32,000 nt of DNA, taken from Bellilinea caldifistulae (lineage in GTDB: Bacteria > Chloroflexota > Anaerolineae > Anaerolineales > Anaerolineaceae). Shown here piece after piece: positions 30,927 to 32,000 of this stretch; position 1 is the first letter of the stretch, and every line of letters starts with the position of its first letter. Below the pieces are notes generated by a model that had not been told where the DNA came from, did no database searches, and saw only the letters and a program-made list of their open reading frames with translations. A program made the position numbers and the translations under genes. The stretch spans positions 1 through 32,000 of the forward strand of contig NZ_LGHJ01000028.1 of NCBI RefSeq assembly GCF_001306055.1, in the 5' to 3' direction.

Positions 30927-32000
30927 ATGCGCGAAAAAATCTTCATTGTAGATGACAATGAAGTCAGCCGTAAATTGGTGGGTGGGATACTCAAAAAAGA
31001 AGGATACGAGGTTTACGCTGCCGCCAGCGCCACCGAAGCCCTGGCAGCCATTCCCAATATCATGCCGGATCTGGTGATTCTGGATGTGATGATGCCCGAA
31101 ATGGACGGGTATCAGCTTTGCCGCCGGTTGAGGGATCGTTCGGACACCGCCCGACTACCGATCATCATTCTCACTTCACTCAATCAACTGGAAGAACGCC
31201 TAAAAGCCTTTGAAGCCGGCGCGGATGACTTCATTCCCAAACCGTTTCAACCGCAGGAGTTTCTGGCTCGGGTGCAGGTCGCCCTGCGGCGCTCTGGGTT
31301 TTACCTGCCCACACCGACCAAAACCGAAGCCAGTACAATTGCGGTATTTTCCTTACGCGGCGGCAGTGGCGTTTCTTCGATTACCGCCAATACGGCCATC
31401 GGGCTCAGCCAGTTGTGGAAGAAACCGGTTGTGCTGGTAGATCTGGCACTTGAAAACGGCATTTCCGCTCTGATGTTGGATTTGCCTCTGCGTCACAGTT
31501 GGGCGGAATTATCCAAAATCCACGCCGAAGAAATAGACAGTGAGGTGGTCTATCAAGTCCTTTTGAAGCACCCTAGCGGCGCCAATGTGCTGGCAGCCCC
31601 GCGCCGCCCTTACGAGGCTGAGTTGTTGAACGCCGATCAGGTCAAACAGGTGCTGACTTTGCTTTCCCAACAAAACGAATACCTTGTGATTGACCTGCCC
31701 CACAATTTTGCAGAAACGACTCTGGCGGCTTTGGACCAGGCCGATTTGATCCTGCTGGTGCTTTCCCCGGAACTGGCATCGGTGCAATGTGCCAGCATTG
31801 CGCTGGATGTGTTTTCCAAAATCGGTTATCCGCCCGAAAAAGTCAAACTGGTCTTGAACTGGACTTTCAAAGGCAAAGGACTGCCCAGAGAAGAGATTGA
31901 AAAGGTTCTCCAAAAACGAATCGAGATTGTCTTGCCCTTCGCCGGAGATGAGCTGATCAACGCGCTGACGTTGGGTAAGCCACCCGTTTATGAAGCGCCG
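30927..32000 (+). CDS. response-regulator receiver domain fused to a CpaE/TadZ-like MinD/ParA-family domain (partial; continues past window end)
   Basis: GGAGG SD lies 7 nt before ATG 30927, and the frame is open to the window end. REC signature: FIVDDNE ... LVILDVMMPEMDG ... ILTS ... KPF. A MinD-like domain follows (AVFSLRGGSGVSSITAN, VVLVDL, YLVIDLP) with a degenerate P-loop. The gene is absent from the ORF track because it has no stop codon in the window. Confidence 0.85.
   Translation, partial: MREKIFIVDDNEVSRKLVGGILKKEGYEVYAAASATEALAAIPNIMPDLVILDVMMPEMDGYQLCRRLRDRSDTARLPIIILTSLNQLEERLKAFEAGADDFIPKPFQPQEFLARVQVALRRSGFYLPTPTKTEASTIAVFSLRGGSGVSSITANTAIGLSQLWKKPVVLVDLALENGISALMLDLPLRHSWAELSKIHAEEIDSEVVYQVLLKHPSGANVLAAPRRPYEAELLNADQVKQVLTLLSQQNEYLVIDLPHNFAETTLAALDQADLILLVLSPELASVQCASIALDVFSKIGYPPEKVKLVLNWTFKGKGLPREEIEKVLQKRIEIVLPFAGDELINALTLGKPPVYEAP

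Noticed and set aside
31210-31913. ORFs 31210-31440 (+), 31509-31913 (-) and 31637-31819 (-).
   Set aside because: They are out of frame or antisense within the receiver/CpaE-like gene, whose frame is open from 30927 to the window end and carries clear REC and MinD-like motifs.

Overview
The window has four compositionally distinct blocks. The source may be a Chloroflexota-like genome, but that is a weak guess. GC values below are hand counts of single 60-nt lines.

(1) 1-6539, minus strand: an RHS/YD-repeat polymorphic-toxin locus. It holds a 1795-aa RHS protein with an AT-rich C-terminal toxin tip, a coupled immunity gene, and a downstream orphan toxin cassette (GIY-YIG-like). A possible second immunity gene runs off the left edge.

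(2) About 6.8-11.83 kb, plus strand, GC-rich (39/60 at 7201-7260): a small integrase-bearing phage-like or satellite-like element. It encodes a tyrosine recombinase, a PD-(D/E)XK nuclease, small zinc-finger proteins, a SWIM protein and a Rad52-like annealing protein. Roughly 1.4 kb of it is non-coding and packed with repeated, covarying hairpin modules.

(3) 11.83-30.59 kb, AT-rich (23/60 at 13801-13860): a defence island ending in a second tyrosine recombinase. It carries one tightly coupled six-gene minus-strand operon:
- NERD+SF1 helicase
- BrxC/PglY-like ATPase
- permuted N6/N4 DNA methyltransferase
- a 1200-aa protein with no recognisable motifs
- a 1674-aa DEAH helicase fused to DUF1998
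- a BrxA-like small protein

This operon mixes BREX type 3, Druantia and DISARM parts, but I find no PglZ, PLD or SNF2 component. It is the best candidate for an undescribed system in the window.

(4) 30.9-32.0 kb: the 5' part of a receiver-domain/CpaE(TadZ)-like gene, which looks like chromosomal flank.

No rRNA gene, complete tRNA gene or CRISPR array was found.
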